DNA from: an uncultured Mageeibacillus sp.
GTDB taxonomy: Bacteria; Bacillota; Clostridia; Saccharofermentanales; DTU023
DNA: 64,000 nt
Direction: 5' to 3'
Assembly: GCA_964606165.1 (NCBI GenBank)
Contig: CAZSFQ010000006.1
Location: 3,035-67,034, forward strand
In this document: in pieces, positions 8,827-17,784 of the stretch
Numbering within the stretch: position 1 is the stretch's first letter
Layout of the letters: every line of letters begins with the position of its first letter
Position numbers and translations under genes: made by a program
The notes under the pieces: model-generated
What the model was told of the DNA's origin: nothing
The model's database searches: none
Seen by the model: only the letters and a program-made list of their open reading frames with translations

Positions 8827-8859
8827 CCCCGGCCGCTTCCCGCGGCCGGGGATTTTTTT
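8827..8859 (+). terminator. rho-independent terminator of the prx-perR operon
   Basis: CCCCGGCCGC ttccc GCGGCCGGGG followed by ATTTTTTT. It overlaps the stop codon of the convergent gene. Confidence 0.8.
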
Positions 8860-10333
8860 AGCGTTGCCCCAGCGGTTCCCCCAGGCTGATCCTGCCGTCC
8901 CGCCTGGTCGGGGGAATCTTATTCTTGCGAAAATACTCGATGATATTGTCCTGGGCGGAGGTACTGACCACGCGTACACGGCCCTTGTCAGCCAATTCCT
9001 CATGGGTTATTCCCAATGTTTCAGCGACGATGCCATAGTGGTAATCCTGCATGGCGATCCGGTATTGGGTATCCTTGCCCGGCGGTTTTCCGTCAATGAG
9101 GATCCTGGTGACATCACCGTCCCCGCCGACCTCCAGGCGCAGTTCAGCGTTCCACTGATAAAACTCACGCGAACCTTCTTTGTAAAGGGTCCTCATCAGA
9201 TGTCTCAGCATACGCTCCAGAACCTGGCCGGTGACAGAAAAACTGATCATGGCCTCATCGTATGGGTAAAGCTCCATCAAATCAGACCGGGTTACCAGGC
9301 GTGACAGTATGGGCTTGCGGATGGAGCCTGAGGCGATCAAAACGATATCGACCCCCAGCTGGAATCGGAGAATATCCGAAAACAGATTGCCGAGTTCCGT
9401 TTCGCGGAAGCGGTCCGCGTGTTCCATCTCGTGCGGCAGCCGGCAGATCACCGTATTATATTTGCCATCGACTTCCTCCTGATACTTGGACAGGAGCTCG
9501 TCCATGACCGGATCGGCCGGGCAATGCGTGTCGTCGATAGGAACCGCCTGCCAGGAAAATTCGTGGACGGAGTTGGTGTCCATGTTGATGATCAAGTCGT
9601 AACGCCCGATGAAGTCGGTTCCCGACCCTACCTGGGCGATCAGGATATCATTGACGCGCTCGGGCTCTTCCAGCATGGTGTGGCTGTGTCCGCCGATGAT
9701 GAGATCCACGCCGATTTCCGGCGGCAGGAGGGCGGCCAGTTTCTTGTCCTGCTCGAAGCCGATATGGGTTAAAAGAACGGTCAGGTCAATGTCGACGTCC
9801 TTGTAGCTGTTGCAGATGTACTCGACCTCTTCCGCGGCGTCCTCAATACTGATGAAGGTGCCGACCAGTGGTTCGCTCTTGCTTTTGGCGATCACTTCCT
9901 CGGTGACAATCCCGATAAAAAGTATTCTGATGCCGTCTGTTTCAATGATGTGATAGGGCTTGAAAAGATTGGCGCCCGTTGGTTTGATGTAGAGATTGGC
10001 GTTGACGATGGGGAAGTTGGCACAGCGCTCAAGAAACATGAGATGGGGAAAGCCGTAATCCGTCTCGTGGTTGCCCAGGGTCACCACATCAGGTTCCAGC
10101 ATATTCATAACCAGTATGGTGGAAATCCCCCTGTACTCCTGATCGATGATGGATCCCTGGAGCATGTCACCCGAGATGACGTAGAGCACCGGGTCGGTCT
10201 CCTCCTCCCTGACCTTGTGAACATAACCTGAAAGCCTGCTCATGCCGCCGACCATCTTGTCACGTGTTTCCCTGGCGAAGAAGTCGCCATGCATGTCATT
10301 CGAGTGCAGCAGCACCATGCGTCGAAGATCCAT
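8858..10333 (-). CDS. bifunctional metallophosphatase/5'-nucleotidase family protein (no signal peptide seen)
   Basis: LLHSNDMHGDF, GNHETDYG and GGHSHT calcineurin-like motifs plus a 5'-nucleotidase C-terminal domain. ATG at 10333 with a GGGAGG RBS. Confidence 0.85.
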   Translation of the reverse strand: MDLRRMVLLHSNDMHGDFFARETRDKMVGGMSRLSGYVHKVREEETDPVLYVISGDMLQGSIIDQEYRGISTILVMNMLEPDVVTLGNHETDYGFPHLMFLERCANFPIVNANLYIKPTGANLFKPYHIIETDGIRILFIGIVTEEVIAKSKSEPLVGTFISIEDAAEEVEYICNSYKDVDIDLTVLLTHIGFEQDKKLAALLPPEIGVDLIIGGHSHTMLEEPERVNDILIAQVGSGTDFIGRYDLIINMDTNSVHEFSWQAVPIDDTHCPADPVMDELLSKYQEEVDGKYNTVICRLPHEMEHADRFRETELGNLFSDILRFQLGVDIVLIASGSIRKPILSRLVTRSDLMELYPYDEAMISFSVTGQVLERMLRHLMRTLYKEGSREFYQWNAELRLEVGGDGDVTRILIDGKPPGKDTQYRIAMQDYHYGIVAETLGITHEELADKGRVRVVSTSAQDNIIEYFRKNKIPPTRRDGRISLGEPLGQR

Positions 10334-10479
10334 CCATACCTCCCGGAAAGGCCAGCCACTCACACACCGGCCTGCCCTTCAATCCTACAAAATATAGCAT
10401 AAAAAGTGAGTTCATGTGGCCTCAGATGGGCAGTTTGACGACTGGATAAAAATCAATCGATAAATTTTGACTGAATGGA

Positions 10480-10507
10480 TTGACAATCCAAAATCGTTAT
10501 TTATAAT
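10480..10507 (+). promoter_or_regulatory. strong sigma-A promoter candidate for the lipoprotein/apbE operon
   Basis: TTGACA (10480-10485), a 16-nt spacer, then TATAAT (10502-10507). Confidence 0.65.
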
Positions 10508-10552
10508 GGATACGTGGCAAAATCATGTCATAATTTTGGAGGAGGAAATCCT

Positions 10553-11548
10553 ATGAAAAAAATAATCGTTTTGGCCCTTGTCGCAGTCCTGGCTTTTGGG
10601 CTGGTCGCATGCAGCAAGAAGCCCGAGGCAGTTAAAACAGGCTTTGGGGTCAGCTTCAGCAACTACAATTCAAAAGACGTTGACGAGGGCGCGAATGGCA
10701 AGGTCGATACACAGGCCTACGCCGCCGGTGTCATGGTCGACAAGGACGGCAAGGTAGTCAAGTGCACCATCGATGCCATGATGTCCGTCTTTGACTTCAA
10801 TGAGGAAGAAATCCTGACCGGACCCGAAACCGTTTTCAAAACCAAGAATGAGCTCGGTGACGATTACGGCATGAGAAAAGCCTCGCCGATTGGAAAAGAG
10901 TGGAATGAACAGGCCGCCGCCTTCGCGGAATATTGTGTTGGCAAGACAGCGGCCGAGATCGAAAAAATCGCCGTTTCAGATGACGGCAAGGCCACCGACG
11001 CAGACCTGGCTTCTTCTGTCACCGTTCCGGTGAAGGGCTACCAGACTCCTGTCCTCCTGGCCATCGCCAACGCCGTTGACCTGGGCGCCAAGGCCACCGA
11101 TAAGCTGGGTCTCGGCATCGTCGGGACCGGCGAGCAAACCGTGGTCAAGGGAGAAGAAGACAAACCCGCGACCGCTGTCGCTTACAACTTCTATTGTGTC
11201 CTGACACTGAACGCCGATGGCAAGATCAGCTCCTGCTACTACGATGCTTCCCAGGGCAAGTTCAAGGTGGAAGACGGCAAGATCACAACTGATCTGATGG
11301 CTGAAATCAAAACCAAGAACGCGCTGGGTGACGACTATGGCATGAGGAAAGCATCCCCGATCGAGAAGGAATGGGACGAGCAGGCCGATGCCTTCGCCAA
11401 GTACGTGACCGGCAAGACTGTCAGCGACGTCACCGGAATGGCCCTCAAGCAAGGTGCTCCTGACGTTGCGGATCTGGCTTCCAGCTGCACCATGCATGTG
11501 ACCGATATGATCACTGCCCTCGAAAAGGCAGCCGCAACAGCCAAGTAG
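10553..11548 (+). CDS. lipoprotein with two tandem FMN-binding-like domains (PplA-like; putative ApbE substrate)
   Basis: Lipobox LVAC after MKKIIVLALVAVLAFG, with a GGAGGAGG RBS. There is an internal duplication: FKTKNELGDDYGMRKASPIGKEWNEQAAAFAEY versus IKTKNALGDDYGMRKASPIEKEWDEQADAFAKY. Each repeat ends in D-L-A-S-S-(V/C)-T. Confidence 0.55.
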   Translation: MKKIIVLALVAVLAFGLVACSKKPEAVKTGFGVSFSNYNSKDVDEGANGKVDTQAYAAGVMVDKDGKVVKCTIDAMMSVFDFNEEEILTGPETVFKTKNELGDDYGMRKASPIGKEWNEQAAAFAEYCVGKTAAEIEKIAVSDDGKATDADLASSVTVPVKGYQTPVLLAIANAVDLGAKATDKLGLGIVGTGEQTVVKGEEDKPATAVAYNFYCVLTLNADGKISSCYYDASQGKFKVEDGKITTDLMAEIKTKNALGDDYGMRKASPIEKEWDEQADAFAKYVTGKTVSDVTGMALKQGAPDVADLASSCTMHVTDMITALEKAAATAK

Positions 11549-11572
11549 TCAAGCAGGTCGAAAGGACCGATT

Positions 11573-11607
11573 CAAACAGGCTGTTTCTCTCTTGAAACAG
11601 CCTGTTT
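11573..11607 (+). terminator. hairpin between the lipoprotein gene and apbE (attenuator or partial terminator candidate)
   Basis: CAAACAGGCTGTTTC tctct tGAAACAGCCTGTTT(CC). The U tail is short, so termination is probably incomplete. Confidence 0.4.
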
Positions 11608-11635
11608 CCGTGTCTGTAACGGATCGGAGTCAAGC

Positions 11636-12697
11636 ATGAAACGAAACATCCTTTTGGCGGCAGCCCTGCTCCTTTCCCTGATCCTTGTGACCGCCTGCCT
11701 CCCCGGGGGAAAACAGAATCAGGGCCCCCACAAATTCGAAGCCGAATTCATCGGTCTATTTGACACCCTGACCAGGGTCATGGGCTACGCCGAAAATGAA
11801 GAGGATTTTAAAGCGGTGGTTCAGGGACTCAAGGACGACCTGGAAGTCTACCACCGCCTCTACGATATCTATGATTCCTATCCTGATCTGGTCAACATCA
11901 AGACTGTTAACAGCATGGCCGGCCAGGGCCCGGTCGCCGTGGACCGGAAGATTATCGACCTTCTCCTCTACTCAAAGGACGCTTACCAGCTGACAGAGGG
12001 CCGGGTCAACATTGCCCTGGGAGCTGTGACGAAAATCTGGCACCGCTATCGCAGTGAGGGGGTGGATGACCCGGCGTCGGCACGCCTGCCCAAAATGGAG
12101 CTCCTCGAGGAAGCGGCCCTTCACACCCGTATGGACAATCTGCTTATTGATCCTGTTAAGGGGACCGTTGAGCTGAAAGATCCGAAGATGAGCCTGGACG
12201 TTGGCGCCATCGCCAAAGGATACGCGGTGGAACAGGCCGCGCGGGCGGCCGAGGAGAGGGGTGTCAAGCATCTTCTAATTTCTGTCGGCGGCAATGTCCG
12301 CGCCATCGGCGCCCGCAATGACCAGGGCGAACCCTGGCGTGTCGGCATCGAAAATCCTGACTACGCCGCAGATGACTACCTGGCCATCGTCAAGGCCGAC
12401 GCCGTATCGGTGGTGACCAGCGGCGTCTATGAACGCTTCTATATGGTCGGGGGTAAATCCTACCACCACATCATCGACCCCGATACCCTTTTCCCCGAAA
12501 ACAGGTACCTGTCCGTCTCCATCGTCACGCCCGACTCGGGACTTGCCGATGTCCTGTCAACAGCGCTTTTCAATCTGGATCTGGAAGAAGGGAAAAAACT
12601 CATCGGGAGTATCGAGGGGACTGAGGCGCTCTGGTGCATGCCGGACGGCAGCCTGGTCGAAAGCGATGGATTTGCTGACTTAACAATATTGGACTAG
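11636..12697 (+). CDS. apbE: FAD:protein FMN transferase (ApbE/FmnB family), lipoprotein
   Basis: Lipobox LVTAC, plus the ApbE motifs FDPTIG-like region, DVGAIAKGYA and HHIIDP. Confidence 0.9.
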   Translation: MKRNILLAAALLLSLILVTACLPGGKQNQGPHKFEAEFIGLFDTLTRVMGYAENEEDFKAVVQGLKDDLEVYHRLYDIYDSYPDLVNIKTVNSMAGQGPVAVDRKIIDLLLYSKDAYQLTEGRVNIALGAVTKIWHRYRSEGVDDPASARLPKMELLEEAALHTRMDNLLIDPVKGTVELKDPKMSLDVGAIAKGYAVEQAARAAEERGVKHLLISVGGNVRAIGARNDQGEPWRVGIENPDYAADDYLAIVKADAVSVVTSGVYERFYMVGGKSYHHIIDPDTLFPENRYLSVSIVTPDSGLADVLSTALFNLDLEEGKKLIGSIEGTEALWCMPDGSLVESDGFADLTILD

Positions 12698-13248
12698 CCG
12701 GCCCCCTCCTCCCGGTAGAGGGCTGGGAGGCGGGCCAGGTTGCGGATAACCGGACCGGCGGCCGCCCCGGTCAGGATGCCGGTCAAAAGCCCTGTGATGA
12801 GCAGGGGGGGCAAATAGGTCACCAACAACAGGGGTTCTCTCATAACCAGGCTGGCCACCGACACCTGCCCCAGATTGTGTGCCGCCGCGCCGGCCATGCT
12901 GATGCCGATCACGGAAAGCGACCTGCCCTCCAGAAAAGTTAAAAGCCACATGACCAGGAGGGCCAGCAGCCCGCCGCCCAATGAGAAAAGCATGGTGGTG
13001 ATGCCGGTAATGGCGCTCATGATCATGATGCGCACGAGCAGTATGGTAACCGCGTCGGTGACCTGCAAGCGCATCAGGGCCACCAGGGTCACGATGTTGG
13101 CAAGTCCCAGCTTCAAACCGGGCACAGGGACGATCAGTTCCAGGGGAATCCAGCGTTCCACGATAGCCAGCACCAGGGCCAGGGAGACCAGCATGGCGTC
13201 CAGGGTCAAACGGCGAAGACGTCTTCTTTGCGCTTCTCTCTTACTCAC
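12694..13248 (-). CDS. Gx transmembrane family protein (Hpre_diP_synt_I / ECF S-component-like)
   Basis: Multi-TM protein with LDAMLVSLALVLAIVERWIP...PGLKLGLANIVTL, typical of this family. It overlaps the NusG-II gene by 4 nt. Confidence 0.75.
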   Translation of the reverse strand: MSKREAQRRRLRRLTLDAMLVSLALVLAIVERWIPLELIVPVPGLKLGLANIVTLVALMRLQVTDAVTILLVRIMIMSAITGITTMLFSLGGGLLALLVMWLLTFLEGRSLSVIGISMAGAAAHNLGQVSVASLVMREPLLLVTYLPPLLITGLLTGILTGAAAGPVIRNLARLPALYREEGAG

Positions 13249-13658
13249 CGGATCACCACATCGACATCGCCGCCCGCTTGCAGGTCACCAGTGGCCTTGA
13301 GGATGACACCACCCGGAACGCAGGCGGCGATCGATCCCCGTTTTCCCACCCAGCCGGACTGGACGCATACCTTGTCGGGGCAGTCCGCGTCGGCAAAGCG
13401 TATCCTCCCTCCACCCCATTCAAGATGGTAGTGAAAGCCGCCGAGCTCAATTTCTTGTTCCCCGTCCCTTTGCAAATCGTCGGCATTCCAAACTTGGACC
13501 AGCTGGCCTTCATGGGTGAGGACGACCGAGCCTGCATCCGACCGGCTGGCAAAAGCGGTCAGGCCAAAGAGGCCGGCGGCCAATACCAGAATGGCTGCCG
13601 CCACGACCAGGTCTCCCCAACGAAAGGTGTGATACCACCGCGGATGATGCCGGCTCAT
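13245..13658 (-). CDS. NusG domain II-containing membrane-anchored protein
   Basis: N-terminal TM anchor, then FADADCPDKVCVQSGWVGKRGSIAACVPGGVIL, characteristic of solo NusG_II proteins. AAGGAG RBS. Confidence 0.75.
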   Translation of the reverse strand: MSRHHPRWYHTFRWGDLVVAAAILVLAAGLFGLTAFASRSDAGSVVLTHEGQLVQVWNADDLQRDGEQEIELGGFHYHLEWGGGRIRFADADCPDKVCVQSGWVGKRGSIAACVPGGVILKATGDLQAGGDVDVVIR

Positions 13659-13741
13659 GAAACTCCTTTAATCCATCATTACTCCAGCCATTATAACCAA
13701 AATTCAAGCCCTTATCGGTTATAATCGTCAGGGAGGTTTTC

Positions 13742-14644
13742 GTGTACCATCTTATTTCTCTATTGACGGGCGTTCTCCTGTCCATCATGATCCTGATCAA
13801 CGGCCGGCTGACAGAACACATCGGCCTTTTTCAAGCGACCGCCATCATTCACCTGGTAGGTGTTGTTTTCTCCCTGGCCGCCTCTTTGATACGAAAAGAA
13901 AAGCCGCTCCCCCGCACACATTCGCCCTGGTGGTTCTACCTGGGAGGCGTAATCGGTGTCTACACGGCTGTTGCCAACAACTTCGCCTTCGGCAGGATCA
14001 CCATGACCAGCATCGTCGCCCTGGGCCTGCTCGGCCAGACCTTAACCTCCCTTATTGTCGACGCGACCGGCTGGATGGGCATGACCCGCCGTCCTTTTCG
14101 CAAATCGACCCTGGCCGGCCTTATTTTCTGTTTCGCCGGAATCGCCGTCATGCTCGACCATTCCATCCTGGAAGCCGTCCTCGCCGTCTGGCTGTCTTTA
14201 GGGACGGGGATCTCCATCGTTGTGTCCCGCTCCATCAATGCCCGCCTGGCCGAGCGGATCGGTCCTCTTCCCGGATCCTTCGTCAACCACTTGACCGGAT
14301 TGCCCGTCACAGTGGTCCTGGTTCTTCTGACAGTGAATAAACTGCCGGCCGTCACTTATCCGGCCGGCAAAGAGTCATGGGTTTATCTGGGCGGAGTGCT
14401 CGGTGTTTGTGGCGTCATGCTCTTTAATATCCTGGTCCCCAAGATCTCGCAGTTCCACCTGACGGTCCTGTCCTTTGTCGGCCAGGTCCTGGCCGGCGTC
14501 CTGATCGATCTTCTGACCGGGGATTTTGCGGCGGACGCTTCTTTCTGGGGCGGCCTGCTGATCACGGCCGGAATTGCGCTCAACCTGGCCATCGAATACC
14601 AGGCCCACCGCAAGGCCAGGTCAGAAGGCGAACCAGTCAGTTGA
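13742..14644 (+). CDS. DMT superfamily transporter (duplicated DUF606/YdcZ-like)
   Basis: About ten predicted TM segments in two similar halves. GTG start with a GGGAGG RBS. Confidence 0.7.
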   Translation: MYHLISLLTGVLLSIMILINGRLTEHIGLFQATAIIHLVGVVFSLAASLIRKEKPLPRTHSPWWFYLGGVIGVYTAVANNFAFGRITMTSIVALGLLGQTLTSLIVDATGWMGMTRRPFRKSTLAGLIFCFAGIAVMLDHSILEAVLAVWLSLGTGISIVVSRSINARLAERIGPLPGSFVNHLTGLPVTVVLVLLTVNKLPAVTYPAGKESWVYLGGVLGVCGVMLFNILVPKISQFHLTVLSFVGQVLAGVLIDLLTGDFAADASFWGGLLITAGIALNLAIEYQAHRKARSEGEPVS

Positions 14645-15968
14645 GGGTAACCAGCAGTTCCCTGTAAAAGGCCAGCATGTCGGCCAGCTTGTCAATTACC
14701 AGGTGTTCATCAGTCCCGTGCATCAGGGCCAGTTCTTCTTCTTTCAGCCGCAGCGGCTGGAAACGGTAGACATTATCCGCCAGCTCTTCGTAATAACGGC
14801 TGTCCGTTCCCCCCGCCATCAGGTAGGGGATGATGACCGCGTCAGGGAAAATACGCCCGATGACCCCGGTCAGATGCCCGTAGGCGGCGGACTCCCGCGA
14901 TGCCGCCCTGGAAGGCTCCTCGACCGCGATGGGCCGCACCTCATAGTCCATGCCCGTAACCTTTTGCAGGTGGGCTAAAACATCCGCCGTCGTTTCACCT
15001 TGCAAAACACGGAGATTGGCCGTGCAGACTGCCTCCTTGGGCAGGACATTGGGCGCTGAACCGCTCCGGCTGACAGTGAAGGCGACTGTTGAGCGCAGGA
15101 GGGCGGCTGTCTGTTTGTTTTTCATCAGGGTCGGCCGGATGAGCGGGAAAAAGAGTCTGGGCCTGGCCAGGATCCTGCTTTGGATGCCCGGCATGTAAGG
15201 GGCGATACTTTGGAGCATCTGTTCAACTGTTTCCGTCAGGCGCGCCGGCATGGGGTTGCGCTCAACCTTGTAAATAAATTCAGCCATGTAGCCCAGGCTT
15301 GTATGGGCCGGGGGCGTGGAGGAATGGCCCTCTTCCCCCGTGAATACGAATTCAAAGCTGGCTGAGGCTTTCTCCGCCAAACCGATGACGGCAACAGGCT
15401 CCCTGATGCCGATCATGGACCCGTCCGAAACGGCGCCCCCCTCGTCGAGGACAAATTCGAAATGGATGCCTTTTTCCACAAACCATGGGACGATCTTCTG
15501 GGCGCCGTGGCGGCCGTTGACCTCCTCGTCAAAGCCGAGTGCCAGCCACAGGTCGCGCGGCGGCTCATATCCTTCCGCGAGCAGGGATTCAAAGGTTTCC
15601 ATCCAGCCGATGACCGAGCTTTTATCGTCGATGGATCCGCGGCCCCAGACCTTGCCGTCCGCGATTACCCCCGAAAAAGGTCCTTCATGAGTCCATCCGT
15701 CCTCGAGCGCCGGGACCACATCGTAGTGGGCGAGAAAGAGGACGGGCTGCCGGCTGCTGTCCTTGCCCGGCCAGCGATAGACAGGGCTGTATCCGTTGAT
15801 CAGGGTGCGCTCCAGCTTCTGGTGCAGCAGCGGATAGCTTGTCTCCAGAAAACTTAAAAAAGAAGAAAAGACGTCCAGGTCCATCTCCTCCATGCTGAAA
15901 TGCGAAACGGTCGGAAAACGGACGGCTTCCGCCAGGCGTTTCGCCGCCTGTTCAATTTTTTCTTTCAT
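14637..15968 (-). CDS. M20/M25/M40 family metallopeptidase
   Basis: LAHYDVVPA, WGRGSIDDKS and GFDEEVNG metal-binding motifs. Confidence 0.85.
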   Translation of the reverse strand: MKEKIEQAAKRLAEAVRFPTVSHFSMEEMDLDVFSSFLSFLETSYPLLHQKLERTLINGYSPVYRWPGKDSSRQPVLFLAHYDVVPALEDGWTHEGPFSGVIADGKVWGRGSIDDKSSVIGWMETFESLLAEGYEPPRDLWLALGFDEEVNGRHGAQKIVPWFVEKGIHFEFVLDEGGAVSDGSMIGIREPVAVIGLAEKASASFEFVFTGEEGHSSTPPAHTSLGYMAEFIYKVERNPMPARLTETVEQMLQSIAPYMPGIQSRILARPRLFFPLIRPTLMKNKQTAALLRSTVAFTVSRSGSAPNVLPKEAVCTANLRVLQGETTADVLAHLQKVTGMDYEVRPIAVEEPSRAASRESAAYGHLTGVIGRIFPDAVIIPYLMAGGTDSRYYEELADNVYRFQPLRLKEEELALMHGTDEHLVIDKLADMLAFYRELLVTLN

Positions 15969-15995
15969 GGACGGTCTCCTTATCCATTTTTTCGG

Positions 15996-17417
15996 TCAAA
16001 GCCCGATAAAGTAACCAATGTAAAGCCAGGCAAGACTGAGCAGGGCCAGGCCGATCTGCAGGAGGATCTCCCACCGGAACCATTTGGTGTAGCCAACCGG
16101 CGAGAAACCCAGACCTATCATCAAAGCGGCGTTGGTGGGATAGAGCAAATTGGAAAAGCCGTCACCGAAGATAAAGGCCTGGACGGCCAGCTGGCGTGAC
16201 AGGCCGGTCGCATCGACGATGGGCAGCAGGATGGGCAGGACAAGGAAAGCCTTGGCTGATCCCGATCCGATGAAAAAATTGAGGGCCAGGATGAGGAGCC
16301 AGACCCAGACAATGGACAAGACAGGGCTCATTCCCCCCATCCTGCTGACCGCGGCAAAGAGGATGGTGTCCATGACCCCGCCCCTCACAACGATCTGCTT
16401 GATGCTCATGGCCATCAAGATCAGGGCGATGGCAGGCGCGACACCCAATAGCCCAGCCACAAGCGCTCTTCCCGTTTCCCGGACCGGCATGATCCGGGCA
16501 GCCAGGACACTGACAAGCGAACCGGCAAGAAAAAGGACCGCGATCAGGGGAAAACTGATGTCGGACAAGAAAGGAACAAAAAAGGAGGCGACCAATACGG
16601 CCGCGATGGCCAAGAGGAAGATGGAAAAGATTTTCAGGGCGCGGTCGACACCCTCGGGATAGGTCAGGGCTCCGTCTTCTTCCAGTTCGCCGTCTTCGCG
16701 GTGAACCAGGGAGCGGGAGGGATCCTTCTCGATCCTTTTGGCGTACCAGCGAAGGAAAAGCTGGACAGCCAGAAAGGAGGTGGCAAAGATGGCGATCCGG
16801 TAGGGCGTGGCTGAGTAGAGAGGCAAACCGGCAAGCTTCTGGGCAACGCCCAGGGTAAAGGGATTGAAGATGGCAGCCCCGAAACCTATTCCGGCAGACA
16901 GCAGACTCATGCCCAGGCCGACGAGGGAATCCCAGCCCATTTTCCTGGCCAGGATCAGACAGAATGGAACCAGGACGATCAGCTCCTCAAAAACTCCGAA
17001 ACAGGCCCCGAACAACATGAAAAACAAGCTGACCGCCGACAGCAGCAAATATTTCTTTGAAGCGTAGCGGGCCATCAGGCGTTCCATCAGCCGTTCCACC
17101 AGACCACCCCGTAAAAGCAGGGTAAAACTGGCGCCCAAAAACAAAAGGAAAACCAAAATAACCCAGACCACCTCGGCTCCGGGTGAAAAGAGCACCTCAA
17201 AGGGGGCGAGAAACCAGAGCCAGGGCGGATAGGATACCTTATCCGTGTAGCGGAAGGACCCCTCCACAATCATTTCACGCCCGTCGATGATAGTCCGCTC
17301 ATAGGCTCCCGCCGGAAGGAGCAGGGTCAGTATACCCGCAACTATCATGAGAACCAGGAGGGTGCCAAGTGAAATCAGGTAAGAACGTTTTCCGATGCGG
17401 AGTGATTGACGATTCAT
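15996..17417 (-). CDS. YfcC family / DcuC-type anion permease
   Basis: 473-aa polytopic membrane protein with a YfcC-like N-terminus, immediately upstream of the M20 peptidase in the usual pairing. Confidence 0.75.
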   Translation of the reverse strand: MNRQSLRIGKRSYLISLGTLLVLMIVAGILTLLLPAGAYERTIIDGREMIVEGSFRYTDKVSYPPWLWFLAPFEVLFSPGAEVVWVILVFLLFLGASFTLLLRGGLVERLMERLMARYASKKYLLLSAVSLFFMLFGACFGVFEELIVLVPFCLILARKMGWDSLVGLGMSLLSAGIGFGAAIFNPFTLGVAQKLAGLPLYSATPYRIAIFATSFLAVQLFLRWYAKRIEKDPSRSLVHREDGELEEDGALTYPEGVDRALKIFSIFLLAIAAVLVASFFVPFLSDISFPLIAVLFLAGSLVSVLAARIMPVRETGRALVAGLLGVAPAIALILMAMSIKQIVVRGGVMDTILFAAVSRMGGMSPVLSIVWVWLLILALNFFIGSGSAKAFLVLPILLPIVDATGLSRQLAVQAFIFGDGFSNLLYPTNAALMIGLGFSPVGYTKWFRWEILLQIGLALLSLAWLYIGYFIGL

Positions 17418-17449
17418 GGATAAGCTCCCGGATCCGGCTGACCGGACAT

Positions 17450-17716
17450 CTATTCGCGGCCTGTCGCGCGTTTGTAAAGCAGTAAAACCCAGAAGGCGAT
17501 GATGGAGACCAGCAGGGCGATCCCTGTCAAAAGAAAGAAGAGGTTGGTGTTGGTACCCGCGATCAAAGCCGCCAGCGCGACAACGAGGACCACTGACAAA
17601 ACACCGATGAGCAGTTTTCCAAATACGGACGACAGGAAGCGTTTACGGAATTTGAGTTCCTCAGGCGTAAAACCCGACTTCTTTCCTTTACCCGCTGATT
17701 TCTTTTTCACGGCCAT
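17450..17716 (-). CDS. small membrane protein (88 aa, basic N-terminus, two TM helices)
   Basis: Clean ORF between flanking genes with hydrophobic helices. No recognisable family. Confidence 0.5.
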   Translation of the reverse strand: MAVKKKSAGKGKKSGFTPEELKFRKRFLSSVFGKLLIGVLSVVLVVALAALIAGTNTNLFFLLTGIALLVSIIAFWVLLLYKRATGRE

Positions 17717-17784
17717 CCCAGGTCCCCCCTATGCATCTCATGATACTATGACTTTGGCTTTCATAAAAGAAAGAGGGGGACACG

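Noticed and set aside
13690-13725. Inverted repeat ATTATAACC...(18 nt)...GGTTATAAT between the divergent NusG-II and DMT transporter genes, giving a TATAAT on each strand.
   Set aside because: It could be a pair of divergent -10 boxes or a regulator site. However, the plus-strand TATAAT is only 16 nt from the GTG start and would exclude the RBS from the transcript, and I found no convincing -35 elements.
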